From: a virus
DNA length: 38,953 bases
Reading direction: 5' to 3' (one strand)
Virus record (IMG/VR): IMGVR_UViG_3300013902_000028
Coordinates: 1 to 38,953 of that record
This document shows, piece by piece, positions 8,915 to 18,928 of the stretch (positions are counted from its first letter, which is position 1; each line of letters begins with the position of its first letter). Position numbers and translations under genes: made by a program. Under the pieces are notes generated by a model. That model searched no databases. It worked only from the letters and a program-made list of their open reading frames with translations, and was not told the DNA's origin.

Positions 8915-9271
8915 TCACTTCTTTTTCACCGTTATTTTAACGGCACATGGCGCCTGAATGGAAAATTGGGCTATCTCCTCTCCGCTGAAGAACCGACTGT
9001 ATTCCTTTAGAGATGGTTTGTATTCATCAGCCAGACATTCGCGCATACGCTCATCGCGTTCAGGATAGAGCGCGCGCGCTTTTTCATGGATAAGCTGGGT
9101 TTCGACGCCAGTCGAAACAGTGGTTTTGAATCCATCGATGTTATAGTTGACACCGACGCCACCGAGCGCGATAATCTTTTTACCCAGCTCGGTTTTGCAC
9201 GCCATAAGGCTTTTTATCTGTCTGTCCGTGCGGACGTAATCCGCCAATGCTTTATCGAGTTCTGCATCCAT
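8915..9271 (-). CDS. Hypothetical protein, 118 aa, probable first gene of the leftward cluster
   Basis: AAGAAGGT SD; N-terminal coiled-coil-like segment; start trimmed. Confidence 0.75.
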   Translation of the reverse strand: MDAELDKALADYVRTDRQIKSLMACKTELGKKIIALGGVGVNYNIDGFKTTVSTGVETQLIHEKARALYPERDERMRECLADEYKPSLKEYSRFFSGEEIAQFSIQAPCAVKITVKKK

Positions 9272-9510
9272 TGCACTACCTTCTTGTTGCCACTTATGCC
9301 CGTGGCTGGCTGTGGCGCGTCGCCATGGACCAATCCAACCCTTGGATTGGCACCCCATACGTGCGCGCATTCACACACCTACAGCTACCTCTACCGTCGC
9401 ACTTAAGGGACCTCCTCAAGCACCCATATATCAGGGACACATGCACGACATATGCTATTATTGGGGCGTTACCCCCTGTGTTCCCGACAATGACTAGATA
9501 CATTCCGTTA

Positions 9511-9520
9511 GTATATATAC
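9511..9520 (-). promoter_or_regulatory. TATA-like element (GTATATATAC) probably driving the leftward cluster
   Basis: Palindromic TATA in the AT-rich divergent intergenic region. Confidence 0.5.
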
Positions 9521-9785
9521 ATTTGTATTGTGTATTTTACGTAGAAAAAAAATTTTTTTTTCGCCGCGATACGGATTTTTGGACGGTTTTTTGGGGGGTA
9601 GTTGAGTTTCGATAGATTTCTACTCCTCTTCCCTATATATATCCTCCTCCGTTTTCCGCTCCTCTTCCCTATACATATTCTCCTCTGCTTCCTGCTTCTC
9701 TCCTCTTCCCCCCATACGGCCCCTCCCTCCGCCTCCGATCCTCTTCTCCGTCCCCGTCCGCTCCGATCTCGGCGTGTACGAACCC

Positions 9786-9806
9786 TATATATAGTCCAGA
9801 CCCTAT
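9786..9806 (+). promoter_or_regulatory. TATA box of a probable leaderless transcript (TATATAGTCC..ACCCTA)
   Basis: About 28 nt before ATG 9822; the same extended motif recurs at 11560-11580. Confidence 0.6.
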
Positions 9807-9821
9807 CGGCATCCGAGCGAT

Positions 9822-10073
9822 ATGGCGAATCAAGGTCGGCGCGTGGTATGGTGCGCGGGATGCGGGATGTTCATCCCCAGTCCGTCGCCCTATTCCGGCA
9901 TCTGCGCCAGATGCGGCTCCCCCATAAAGGAGCTGAAGTGCATCAGGTGCGGGCACGTCTGGAAGCCGAGGGATCCGAAGCATCTTCCGAGGACATGTCC
10001 GAAGTGCTGCTCGCCCTATGCCATGTACACGCGCGTGAGGAACGGAACGATGAGGAAGGAGGAGAAGGAATGA
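9822..10073 (+). CDS. Multi-CxxC Zn-finger protein, 83 aa
   Basis: Four CxxC pairs including CIRCGHVWKPR...CPKCCSPY. Confidence 0.85.
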   Translation: MANQGRRVVWCAGCGMFIPSPSPYSGICARCGSPIKELKCIRCGHVWKPRDPKHLPRTCPKCCSPYAMYTRVRNGTMRKEEKE

Positions 10074-10285
10074 GCGATTTCAGAGTGGTCGTCGATCAGG
10101 TCGGCGGAGCGAGGGTGGTCGAAGAGGCGTTCGACACCCGCCGCGAGGCCGATGCGTTCGCCGATTCGATGATGGCCGACGGAGGCGTCCTGGACGGCTC
10201 CGGCCTCGGCGCCGTCACCGTCGGCGTGATGGAGCAGTGCAACGGCACATGGACCGTAGCGAGCAGGAGGCTCGTCAGATGCCGA
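10070..10285 (+). CDS. Hypothetical protein, 71 aa, ending at CGA (standard code: 10438)
   Basis: ATGA-coupled start; the first in-frame CGA gives a 7-nt overlap with the next ATG (10279). Confidence 0.7.
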
Positions 10286-10665
10286 AGGCGAAGGAGCCCG
10301 AATGGGTGTTCTGCGTCGTCAAGGACTCGGGGCCGAGAAGCTCCGCGTCCCGCCTGTGCATCCAGAAGGGCCTGCTCGAAGCCTTCGCCGATCTCTACGG
10401 CGGCAGGCTGGAGGAGGGCGGGAGCGTCCGCCTTCTGACGGCCCGCATGCCCGCGGGGGACGCGAAGGACGCCAGGAGGACGGTGCTGGACTTCGCCGAC
10501 ATCTACTCGGTCTCCGGGATGGCGGGGGCGGAGCGCATGCGCGGCCGCCTGGTCGAGCTCGCGCGGTCCCCGGACGCGCAGGGCATGGGGGCGGATGCGC
10601 TGAGGTCGGTGCTGGACAGGCTGTCGTCGGAATACGATGTGTTCAGGAGGGGCGCCGATGAGCGA
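10279..10665 (+). CDS. Hypothetical protein, 128 aa, ending at CGA (standard code: 11514)
   Basis: AGGAGG SD; the first in-frame CGA forms an ATGAGCGA overlap with the next start. Confidence 0.7.
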
Positions 10666-11038
10666 CATCCTCGCTCTGCTCGAAGACATCAGGAGCATGA
10701 TGGAGTCCGGGGAGAGCGCGAGCGTCTCCATGGCCTTCCGCGTGGCCGATGCCATCGCGTCGCTGAAGGCGTCCGCCGAGGCCCCGCCGCAGGCTCCTGC
10801 CCAATCCGAGGCTCCGCCGCAGTCACCGCCTCCGTTCTCGCAGCGCGGGTACTCGTGGGGGCCCGCGATGAGGGCGTGCGGGACCGAGCCCGCCGATGTC
10901 CTGAACGCCGATGCGGACGGCGCGGCGGGCGACGCTTCGAGGCGCTCGTTCGAGCCCGCTCCGCAGCAGGAATCCGAGGAGCCCGGCTCGAAGGGCCTGC
11001 TCGGCCGCATAGCCGATCTCGCAGGGGGGCGCGAGCGA
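10658..11038 (+). CDS. Hypothetical protein, 126 aa, ending at CGA (standard code: 11581)
   Basis: AGGAGG SD; the first in-frame CGA forms a CGATG overlap with the next start. Confidence 0.7.
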
Positions 11039-11514
11039 TGGCGGCTCCGAGGAGGAAGGCGAAGCCGAAGGCGGAGGAGAGGACGCAGGAGCAGGAGCCC
11101 GTCGTATGGGATCCGTCGATGGAGGAGCCGTCCGCTCCCGTCGCGGAGAAGGCTCCCGAGCCTGAGCCCGAGAAGACGGAGCCCGAGACGGCCGAGCCCG
11201 TGCCGATGGCGGAGGCTCCCGAGCCTGAGACGGCCGAGCCTGCGCCCGAGAAGTCCATGCGCGACAGGCTCGTCGAGGCCGTCGGCGCACCCTCGCCCGA
11301 CTGCGTCCCGACGCTCATCCAGTTCGAGCAGAGGAGCGGCCGCCCGTGCACGGTGCTCGTCGAGGCCGACGAGGCGGCGGTTCGCAGGGCATGGGCCGTC
11401 TGGTCGGCGGAGAACGGCACAGGGCAGGAGACGTTCGTCATGGCTCTGCTCGACGCCATGGATGCATGGCCTGCGCGCATCATGCGCCCGTGCACCCTCG
11501 TCCGTCTGGGCTGA
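11038..11514 (+). CDS. Hypothetical protein, 158 aa, with Pro/Glu-rich repeats
   Basis: AGGGGGG SD; APEPE-type repeats followed by a globular C-terminus. Confidence 0.75.
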   Translation: MAAPRRKAKPKAEERTQEQEPVVWDPSMEEPSAPVAEKAPEPEPEKTEPETAEPVPMAEAPEPETAEPAPEKSMRDRLVEAVGAPSPDCVPTLIQFEQRSGRPCTVLVEADEAAVRRAWAVWSAENGTGQETFVMALLDAMDAWPARIMRPCTLVRLG

Positions 11515-11559
11515 AACATCTTCGCGCCCGCGAGGGCGCATCCTTCTTCATCTCCCTTC

Positions 11560-11580
11560 TTATATAGTCCGGGCACCCTA
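11560..11580 (+). promoter_or_regulatory. TATA box of a probable leaderless transcript for the giant gene
   Basis: TTATATAGTCC about 24 nt before ATG 11590; no SD. Confidence 0.6.
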
Positions 11581-11589
11581 GGGGCGGTC

Positions 11590-14500
11590 ATGACAGATGA
11601 CGGTTCGCCCTACGACGATTTCCTCCGCGAGGGATCGATGGAGAAGGCCCTCGGCCTGTTCGAGAGGAAGAACAAGAACGGGGAGCAGCCCGGTGCGGGC
11701 ACAGGTGCAGGCACAGGTGCAGACGCCGCTCCGGAGAGCGGCGCGGGCTTCGGCGGGAAGGTCAAGAATGCGCTGGGCAAGATCGGAGAGAAAGTCGGGG
11801 GCGCACCCGGGCAGGAGAATACTGCCGAGACTCATGAAGAGTCGAATGATCTCGCATCCGACGGCATGACGTTCGATTCCGACAGACCCGTGGACGAGCA
11901 TCCCGAGGCTTCCGACGAGACCCGTATGAGGGAGCTCCGCCGGATGGGCGAGGCGAACAAGGAGGCGGTGAAGAATACAGGCGCAGGCGACGTCTATGCC
12001 GACAGAACCGATCCCGAGAATGCGGACGAGGTCGCCGCGAAGCAGCTCAAGCAGAACGAGCAGGTCGCCGCAGATGCGGAGAAGCAGAGACGGCTGTCGA
12101 ATGAGAAGACATGGGCTGAAGAGCAGGACGAGGCGGAAAAACAGAATGCGGAGAATCCGGATGGCACTCCCGAGACGAAGGATGCAGGGAATCCGAACGT
12201 GCAGCCCGACTCGCTCATCGCCGATCCCAAGCAGAGACAGGAACAGCCTCCGCAGGATTCGATGTATCAGGATCCGAAGGCGCAGGACATCTACAGGCGC
12301 CATGCGGAGAAGTTCCTCAAGGCCGCAGGGGAGACCGCCGTCGAGAACTGGGGCGAGGGCGTGTCCAGAGGATGGGACATGGCGCAGAACATCGTCAAGA
12401 TGACCCTGACGCACCCGTCCGCCATGTCGTCCTCGTCCCGTCTCATCGGGACCGCCCTGACAGGACTGCAGACCGCATCCGACTTCGCGGACAAGGCGGC
12501 CGCCAGATACGGCATGGCCGCGGATGCCGACCCGGAGCTGGTGAAGGACACGCTCAGATACAGGCTCTACAGGAGGGATGCGAAGGCGGGCGAGAACGTC
12601 GTCGGCAACACCTTCAGGACCATCTCCGACTCTTTGGCCAGGAACGGCGGCGACATGGCGGACATGTCCCCGTCCCAGCTCTCCGCGCACATGCGCGACA
12701 TGCAGGGCGAGAAGGACAGGCTGGTCGCCGCACTGCAGGAGCCCGACCTGAAGCCGTCGGACAGGAGGCTCCTGATGGGGCAGGCCCAGCATCTCCAGTC
12801 GTACATGACGGGCATCGCCAAGCAGGCCAAGTCGCTGCAGGCCCAGCAGAACGAGGCGAACAGGTACGCGAGGGCGCAGGATCTCGACAGGAGGAAGGTC
12901 GCATACGACACGCTCCCCTCGGGCGACCCGAACCCGTGGAGCCTGGTCCTCCATGAGGCGTCGCCGAAGTTCAACCTCGAGATCGATCCTCAGACCGGGG
13001 CGCCGAAGACGAGGGAGGGGATGAATGCGGCCGCCAAGACCATCGAAGGCATGATAGGGCGCATCGAGGCCGATGCGGCGATGGATCCGAACACGAAGGC
13101 CGCATACATCGCGCATCTGCACGGGCTCCTGAAGCAGGCCTATTCGACGAAGGAGCGGTGGGACGAGACCAGCGCCCGCACCAAGGCGTCCGACTTCGGC
13201 TCCGTCATGCAGGACCTCGCCGCCAGATTCCCTGCGCTGGCCAACGACAACGGGAAGAGGCTGAGGGACCTGTACGAGAAGGGCGAATGGCCCTCCGACG
13301 GCAGCGTGACCCTCAGAGCGCTCACCGCGAGATTCGCAGAGATGGCCGCCTCGGGGGACGAGGAGACGAGGAACGTCGGGAACCTGTTCCTGTCGTCCCT
13401 CAACTCGTATGTCAATTCGAGCAAGCTGGGCAACCGCATCGCATCCTATTCCCTGAACGACCGGAACAGAGCCATCAACGGGCATGTCGCGGAGCTGAAG
13501 GCCGCGCAGGCGCATCTGGACGAGCTCGCGGAGGAGGCGGCCGACGGAACGCTCACGCAGGAGCAGGCCGCAGAGAAGGCAAAGTACGAGGCCCGCATCG
13601 CCATGGAGCGCAGCCTCATCGAGGGCCTTCAGAAGGGCGTATCGGATATGAACATCGACGAAGGTGTGCTCAGCGATGCGTACAAGGACCTGCACAAGGT
13701 GCTCTTCAGGAGCACACGCGACGATGTCACCGGCGCAAGGTTCGATGTCAACGACCCGAAGGTGCAGGAGGCCCTCGCCAGATTCGACTCCGTCGTGAGA
13801 CGCTACGAATACAAGTACTTCAACAGGCTCCTCGACAGAGGCGCCGCGGTGAGGGGCGTGCTGGACGGGCAGGACGGCGGCGGGGCGCCCCTCCCTCCGC
13901 CCGGCGGGCAGGGCGGAAGGCGGGTTAATCCCAGACGTCAGAGGCAGAGGAAGAAGACTCCTCCGGCAGACGGCACTCCCGATGTCGCCGATATGAGCGG
14001 GTACGACGAGAGCAGACCGCTGGATGTGGGCAATGCGACCGTGTACGACAGGAACGGGAATCCCACTCCGGCCAAGGTCGTCGTGGATGCGAACGGCAAA
14101 CCTCTGCTCGGCGAGGACGGCAGACTCCGCTTCGTGGCGCTCCGCGGAAAGGAGGGGGGGAAGAGATGGGTCGAGATCGACGGCAAGGGCGCATACAAGG
14201 GAGAGCTGTACGAGCGCAAGGCTCCTGAAGGCGAGGGAGCAGGAGGCGATGCGGATGTCCCTCCCGGGGGCGAGGATGAGGCTTCCCATGATGATGCCGA
14301 AGATGAGGCGAAGCCGCCCGAAGGCGAGGGTGCAGGACTGGGCGGAGGCGACAGACAGGGCGACGCGGATGAAATCCCTCTTGATGATGCCGAAGGTGAG
14401 ACAGAGCAACCTGTAGATGAGCAGGGTGCCTCTCTTGACGATACCGATGATGAAACAACAAATGAGGGAACTGGCTATCAGAAGAGATGGGATGCACGCG

Positions 14501-17031
14501 GAAGGCTTCCCGCGAAGAGGAAGATATTGGAGAGAAGATATGGCATCCTCGGACTTGATGGGAATAGATTGACCGATGCCGATGACGATCTTATCCTGAG
14601 CAACGGATTCAATGAGAAGGACATGTCCGTTCCGAAACAGCAGGGTGCGGCCAATACTCGCTATTCCAATCTTGCCAGCTTCTATAAGGCCCATGAAAAG
14701 GATATGTCTCCTGAATTCAAGAGAGGTCTTCTTCTGCGTATGCAGAATATAAGATCCATCATAGGGAAGAGTCCGGAAGAAAGGAAGAAGACCCTGATGG
14801 GCAAATTGTTGGGAGAGGACGGGAAGGTCAATGAGGATTTCTTCGCCGATCCCGATTTTGCGCGTCAGAGTCTGGACAGTCTGAGGTTCATCACAGTCAA
14901 CAAGAAGGGCAAACTGGCCCTGAACATGAATGTGATTGAAAAAGCAGGTTTCGATATAGATACGCGGCAGGCTCTGGTCGCACGCATCAATCGGTTCCTG
15001 AATGCGAAGCAGAAGATTGGGGTTGGAAGGACAGGCGATGCAGATAGAGATGCGGACGATATGGACGGGATAGCGCCTCCTGAAACGGATATGAACACGT
15101 CTCCCGAGACGCCTGCATTCGACCCCTCGAAGCTGGATTCGCGCGGAAGCCTGAATCTCGGCGACAGTGCTGCTATCAAGGGCTATTTCAGGAGCATAGG
15201 TTTGAATCCAGATGATATCGATATGAATGTCATCGGAAAAGTCACTGCGGACATGAATCTCAACGATGCTATGAATACGGCCCGTGATGCATTGTATGAG
15301 TATGTGAAAGGCGAAGGAGTCGATACGGACGCCCTGAGCGATACGCAGAAGAAGAATCTGGACGATATCGGCAGAGCACTCGGCAACAATGCATTCCATG
15401 AGCTCAAGAGGTCCGGAGAAAGCGGAGACGGGGAGCAGGGCAGAGGCAGGGACGCCGATGATGATCAGAAAAAAGGCGATGAGCAGAAGAGTGTCCCCAT
15501 CGTCTGGCCTGACACAGGAAATAAGGCTGCGAAGCTGGCTGCGCTCTATGCAGCCACTGAAGCGTACCGCAATGACCCTGGAACCGAGACCGATCTTGTT
15601 GCGATGTATCGCGCATTCGTGGCTGATCCCACAATGAGCATCTATCGCAAAAAGAAGGATCAAAAAGTCAAGGATTTCATAGATCAGGCGGAGGCACAGG
15701 CGAAAGCCAAGGGCGTATCGCTCGAAGAAGTCGAGAAGACGAAGAACGACATGAAAGACGACTCGAATGGGAAGCCTCCTATGGATAAGGATGTCGAGAA
15801 TGCCTATGCCGTTCTACGCGACAGCATCATGGGATGGAAAGGCGGGCGCGGGGACCGTGAGAAAGGGAAGGTAGAGACGTATGCCGGCCTGGAGGAATTC
15901 ATGAAGAACGCCGCCACCAGTCTTCAGACCCTGGCTCGGGTGCAGAAGAAGGGAAAAAAGGATACCGAGTATGCGAATGCAGTGGATTCCATCGCGAATA
16001 TGTTCCTGGATCCCTACAACGGATTCAGAAACAATTATCTGAGCTTCGAAAAACAATATAGGGATGGGCAGAAAGCAGGTTTGTCCGATGAAGACGAGGG
16101 CCAGAAGAATCTGTTGAGAAAGATGGCCATTATCAGGAACTCATACAATACGCTCAAAGCGGTTCTGGCAAACGACCCCAACGGATTCGGAAACAAATTG
16201 GGCGAATTCGATGCTGTCATGCATGCTGTCGGCAAGAGGGAAGAATATGGCGAAGCGGAGAATAAGCGCGAGAATGCGGAGAGGGAAGCGAACCGTGAGA
16301 ATGCCCATAAGAACGTCAAGCCTATCGATCCGAAAGAGGAGGTGAAGACTCTCGGCAAGCTCAAGGGTCTCGACAGCAAATGGAATGGGGCTGCGAGGCT
16401 GGTAAGCTGGCTCGACGCCGCGGACAAGAACGATACAGATGCCAGGAACTATGCGAAATCGTTGAGATCCATGTTCTATGTGACGACTAAAGGGGGAGGA
16501 TACAGACTCAACAGAACTCTGAACAGGCTCAATGCTTTCAGAGGCGAGAAAGGCGATATCAACAAGGGAAAGGTGGATGACCTCATGGCCAAGTACGGCC
16601 TCGAACCCGTCTTCGGCACGAAGCCTGCGAAGGAGGAATCGGAACCCGAGCCTGCTCCCGAAACAGGAAAGGATCTGTGGAATCAGGACAGAATGATCGG
16701 CGTGATGGGCGAGGTAGCTGGGGCAAATGATCCCGGTAAGAGGTGGGATGCCTTGGAGAAGATACTCGTGCATCTCGACCCTGAAGATGACGATGCGGAC
16801 CTGAGCTGGCTGAAAGACGTGGATCGCAATCTGTTGAACGACAGGATCATGCCTATCCTGAGAGGGTACTTCTACACGACGGATGATGACGGGCAACTCG
16901 TGCCGAACGACGAGCTGCGCGACAAGGTGGATGAGGACAAGAGGTATATGGTGGACAGAGTCATGGAGGCATACGGCCAGAAGCCTGTATTCGAGTCGGA
17001 AGAGCAGGATGGCGAGGAGGAAAAGAGATGA
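11590..17031 (+). CDS. Giant 1813-aa charged, largely helical protein of unknown function (possibly virion-internal/ejected)
   Basis: Long ORF with consistent codon bias; no catalytic motif recognised; function is inference. Confidence 0.9.
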   Translation: MTDDGSPYDDFLREGSMEKALGLFERKNKNGEQPGAGTGAGTGADAAPESGAGFGGKVKNALGKIGEKVGGAPGQENTAETHEESNDLASDGMTFDSDRPVDEHPEASDETRMRELRRMGEANKEAVKNTGAGDVYADRTDPENADEVAAKQLKQNEQVAADAEKQRRLSNEKTWAEEQDEAEKQNAENPDGTPETKDAGNPNVQPDSLIADPKQRQEQPPQDSMYQDPKAQDIYRRHAEKFLKAAGETAVENWGEGVSRGWDMAQNIVKMTLTHPSAMSSSSRLIGTALTGLQTASDFADKAAARYGMAADADPELVKDTLRYRLYRRDAKAGENVVGNTFRTISDSLARNGGDMADMSPSQLSAHMRDMQGEKDRLVAALQEPDLKPSDRRLLMGQAQHLQSYMTGIAKQAKSLQAQQNEANRYARAQDLDRRKVAYDTLPSGDPNPWSLVLHEASPKFNLEIDPQTGAPKTREGMNAAAKTIEGMIGRIEADAAMDPNTKAAYIAHLHGLLKQAYSTKERWDETSARTKASDFGSVMQDLAARFPALANDNGKRLRDLYEKGEWPSDGSVTLRALTARFAEMAASGDEETRNVGNLFLSSLNSYVNSSKLGNRIASYSLNDRNRAINGHVAELKAAQAHLDELAEEAADGTLTQEQAAEKAKYEARIAMERSLIEGLQKGVSDMNIDEGVLSDAYKDLHKVLFRSTRDDVTGARFDVNDPKVQEALARFDSVVRRYEYKYFNRLLDRGAAVRGVLDGQDGGGAPLPPPGGQGGRRVNPRRQRQRKKTPPADGTPDVADMSGYDESRPLDVGNATVYDRNGNPTPAKVVVDANGKPLLGEDGRLRFVALRGKEGGKRWVEIDGKGAYKGELYERKAPEGEGAGGDADVPPGGEDEASHDDAEDEAKPPEGEGAGLGGGDRQGDADEIPLDDAEGETEQPVDEQGASLDDTDDETTNEGTGYQKRWDARGRLPAKRKILERRYGILGLDGNRLTDADDDLILSNGFNEKDMSVPKQQGAANTRYSNLASFYKAHEKDMSPEFKRGLLLRMQNIRSIIGKSPEERKKTLMGKLLGEDGKVNEDFFADPDFARQSLDSLRFITVNKKGKLALNMNVIEKAGFDIDTRQALVARINRFLNAKQKIGVGRTGDADRDADDMDGIAPPETDMNTSPETPAFDPSKLDSRGSLNLGDSAAIKGYFRSIGLNPDDIDMNVIGKVTADMNLNDAMNTARDALYEYVKGEGVDTDALSDTQKKNLDDIGRALGNNAFHELKRSGESGDGEQGRGRDADDDQKKGDEQKSVPIVWPDTGNKAAKLAALYAATEAYRNDPGTETDLVAMYRAFVADPTMSIYRKKKDQKVKDFIDQAEAQAKAKGVSLEEVEKTKNDMKDDSNGKPPMDKDVENAYAVLRDSIMGWKGGRGDREKGKVETYAGLEEFMKNAATSLQTLARVQKKGKKDTEYANAVDSIANMFLDPYNGFRNNYLSFEKQYRDGQKAGLSDEDEGQKNLLRKMAIIRNSYNTLKAVLANDPNGFGNKLGEFDAVMHAVGKREEYGEAENKRENAEREANRENAHKNVKPIDPKEEVKTLGKLKGLDSKWNGAARLVSWLDAADKNDTDARNYAKSLRSMFYVTTKGGGYRLNRTLNRLNAFRGEKGDINKGKVDDLMAKYGLEPVFGTKPAKEESEPEPAPETGKDLWNQDRMIGVMGEVAGANDPGKRWDALEKILVHLDPEDDDADLSWLKDVDRNLLNDRIMPILRGYFYTTDDDGQLVPNDELRDKVDEDKRYMVDRVMEAYGQKPVFESEEQDGEEEKR

Positions 17032-17576
17032 CGAAGCTGAAGATAGTCTATATGGACCCGAGGAAGCTCACGCCCTATGAGAACAACCCGCGTGAGAACG
17101 ACAACACCGTGCCGTATCTGATGAACTCCATCTCGGAGTTCGGCTTCCTCATCCCCGTGGTGGTGGATTCCGACGGAATCATCATCGCGGGGCATACCCG
17201 CATCAAGGCGGCGCTGGAGCTCGGGCTGAAGGAGGTTCCGACCATCTGCGCATCGGACCTGACGAAGAAGCAGGCGGATGCGTTCAGATTGATAGATAAT
17301 AAAATAAATGAACAGAGCTGGTGGGATCAGGACAAGCTCAGAGAAGAGATGGACAAGCTCGATGTGGAATGGGAGAACTTCGGCTTCGAGCCCCTGCCCG
17401 ACATGGAGGACATCCCCGTATGGGACGGAGACGGAGGAGAAGAGGTTTCCGAGGCTCCTTCCGAAGCCTCCTGCGACGAGTGCAGGCTCCTGGTGATAGT
17501 CCCCGAAGGCATCGATGCGTCCGAGGTGGAGAACACCGTCACGAGCCTGGGCTGCAAGGTCAAGGTGCTGGACCGA
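17028..17576 (+). CDS. ParB/Srx N-terminal domain protein, 182 aa, ending at CGA (standard code: 17747)
   Basis: LTPYENNPR...SISEFGFLIPVVVDSDGIIIAGHTR...ADAFRLIDNK is the ParB-N signature; protein-like sequence stops at KVKVLD-CGA. Confidence 0.88.
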
Positions 17577-18870
17577 GGTCCAGCTCCCAAACTCCTTTCC
17601 TCAGCGTCTCCGGCTCTCCGAACTTCATATCGAAGTATCTCTCGGCGAGGTCGGGGCGGTCGCTTTCGAAGTGCATCATTGCCTTCATCGTGGCGCACGG
17701 CTTGTCGGATTTCGCATACTCCTGGTTGGCTATGCAGAACTCTCTGAACGACTTCTTCTTGAAGATGGAGGGCTGGTTGCACCATCTGGCCAGCTGCACG
17801 TACAGGTCCCTGTACTCGCTGTCCTTGTACGCCTCGAACCTCATGACATACGGAAGGCACTCCAAGCTCATGCACACGCGGATGCGCTCGAACAGGAACT
17901 CCAGATCCAGCTGGTCCTTCGACCTGCGGTCGGGCAGGCTCCTCATCGCCATCACGTGGGCGCCCATGGGCCTCTCCGGCTTCGCAGGCGTCTCGTCCAC
18001 AGGGTCGAATGCGCATATCAGGTAGAGCTTCGTGCTCCTGTCCGTATGCGATCTCCAGAGCTTCAGCTTCCTGTATATCAGCTCGAAGTCGTCCACGCGG
18101 TCGAATGCGAACGTATAGTCTCCGTAGTACTTGCACGATGCCAGACGGGATGCCTTCTTATCGGACATCAGGCGGATGTCCATGCCCTGCTTGAAATGGA
18201 ACGGCTTCCCGGTGGCTTCCAGCTCGTCCATGACCGCCTCCCAGTCCTTGCATCCGAGGATGTTGTCATCCTGGCAGGTGATGTACTTCCTGCTCGGGTC
18301 GAGGAACTCCGACACGGGCGAATGCCTGACTGCGCGACGGTCGTGGAACCTGTTCACGCAGAAGTCGCATCCTCTGAAGCATCCTCTGGAGGTGAACCCT
18401 ATGGAGAAATCGGTGTAGCACAGCGTGAGCGCCCTGCTCTTCCCCTGCGCCTGCATATCCGCCACATACGCATCGTACAGATGATAGTCGGGCATGATGT
18501 GCTCTATCTCGTCGCACAGGCGCCTTCCGCCGTCCTCGAAGAATCCCGTCCCTCCGATGGCGTACACCGTCTTCTCCGACGGCAGCGCATCGACGACCTC
18601 GCGGATATCCAGATTCAGCGCCCTTAGGTCCGTCCCCATCGCCTTCGCAAGCTTCTCGGGGACCTCGGAGAATGTGAAGACCTTCGACACCAGCACGGCA
18701 TCGAACGTATCCAGATCGTCGAGATCGGCGGCTTTGTAGAGCGATACGACGTCGCAGCCTCTGCTTCTGCAGTATGCGCTCATCTTCATCTGGGCCAGAT
18801 TGGGGAATCTGGTCCCGCTGGACATCAGATCGACATCCACCATTCCTATTCTGAGGCGTTTCGCATCCAT
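17560..18870 (-). CDS. Radical SAM protein with a B12-binding-like N-terminal domain, 436 aa
   Basis: TSRGCFRGCDFC (CxxxCxxC); N-terminal IGMVDVD...FPNLAQMKMSAY; DDNI and QGMDIRL segments. Confidence 0.9.
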   Translation of the reverse strand: MDAKRLRIGMVDVDLMSSGTRFPNLAQMKMSAYCRSRGCDVVSLYKAADLDDLDTFDAVLVSKVFTFSEVPEKLAKAMGTDLRALNLDIREVVDALPSEKTVYAIGGTGFFEDGGRRLCDEIEHIMPDYHLYDAYVADMQAQGKSRALTLCYTDFSIGFTSRGCFRGCDFCVNRFHDRRAVRHSPVSEFLDPSRKYITCQDDNILGCKDWEAVMDELEATGKPFHFKQGMDIRLMSDKKASRLASCKYYGDYTFAFDRVDDFELIYRKLKLWRSHTDRSTKLYLICAFDPVDETPAKPERPMGAHVMAMRSLPDRRSKDQLDLEFLFERIRVCMSLECLPYVMRFEAYKDSEYRDLYVQLARWCNQPSIFKKKSFREFCIANQEYAKSDKPCATMKAMMHFESDRPDLAERYFDMKFGEPETLRKGVWELDLGPAP

Positions 18871-18879
18871 GGTGCATCA

Positions 18880-18922
18880 TCCGAGAGTACCTATATATAT
18901 CTATCTTGCATCCTATCTCGGA
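18880..18922. promoter_or_regulatory. Bidirectional promoter (TATATATAT at 18892-18900)
   Basis: Single TATA run between divergent ATGs 18870 and 18929; inverted TCCGAGA/TCTCGGA on either side. Confidence 0.6.
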
Positions 18923-18928
18923 GAGGAC

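Noticed and set aside
4857-9337. 13/15 match CCATGG(T/A)CC(T/A)ATCCA at 4857-4871 and 9323-9337
   Set aside because: Only two short copies with different contexts; cannot be distinguished from chance.
10237-11514. 425-aa ORF from the track
   Set aside because: It joins two separately initiated genes through an Arg-rich off-frame reading of the gene between them; better explained as separate genes with CGA ends.
11578-15663. 1361-aa antisense ORF, and similar long antisense ORFs (34591-37641, 1552-2676, 18266-20089, 20849-22399, 3770-4492)
   Set aside because: Shadow frames exactly opposite real genes; typical of GC3-biased coding; no motifs, SD or promoter.
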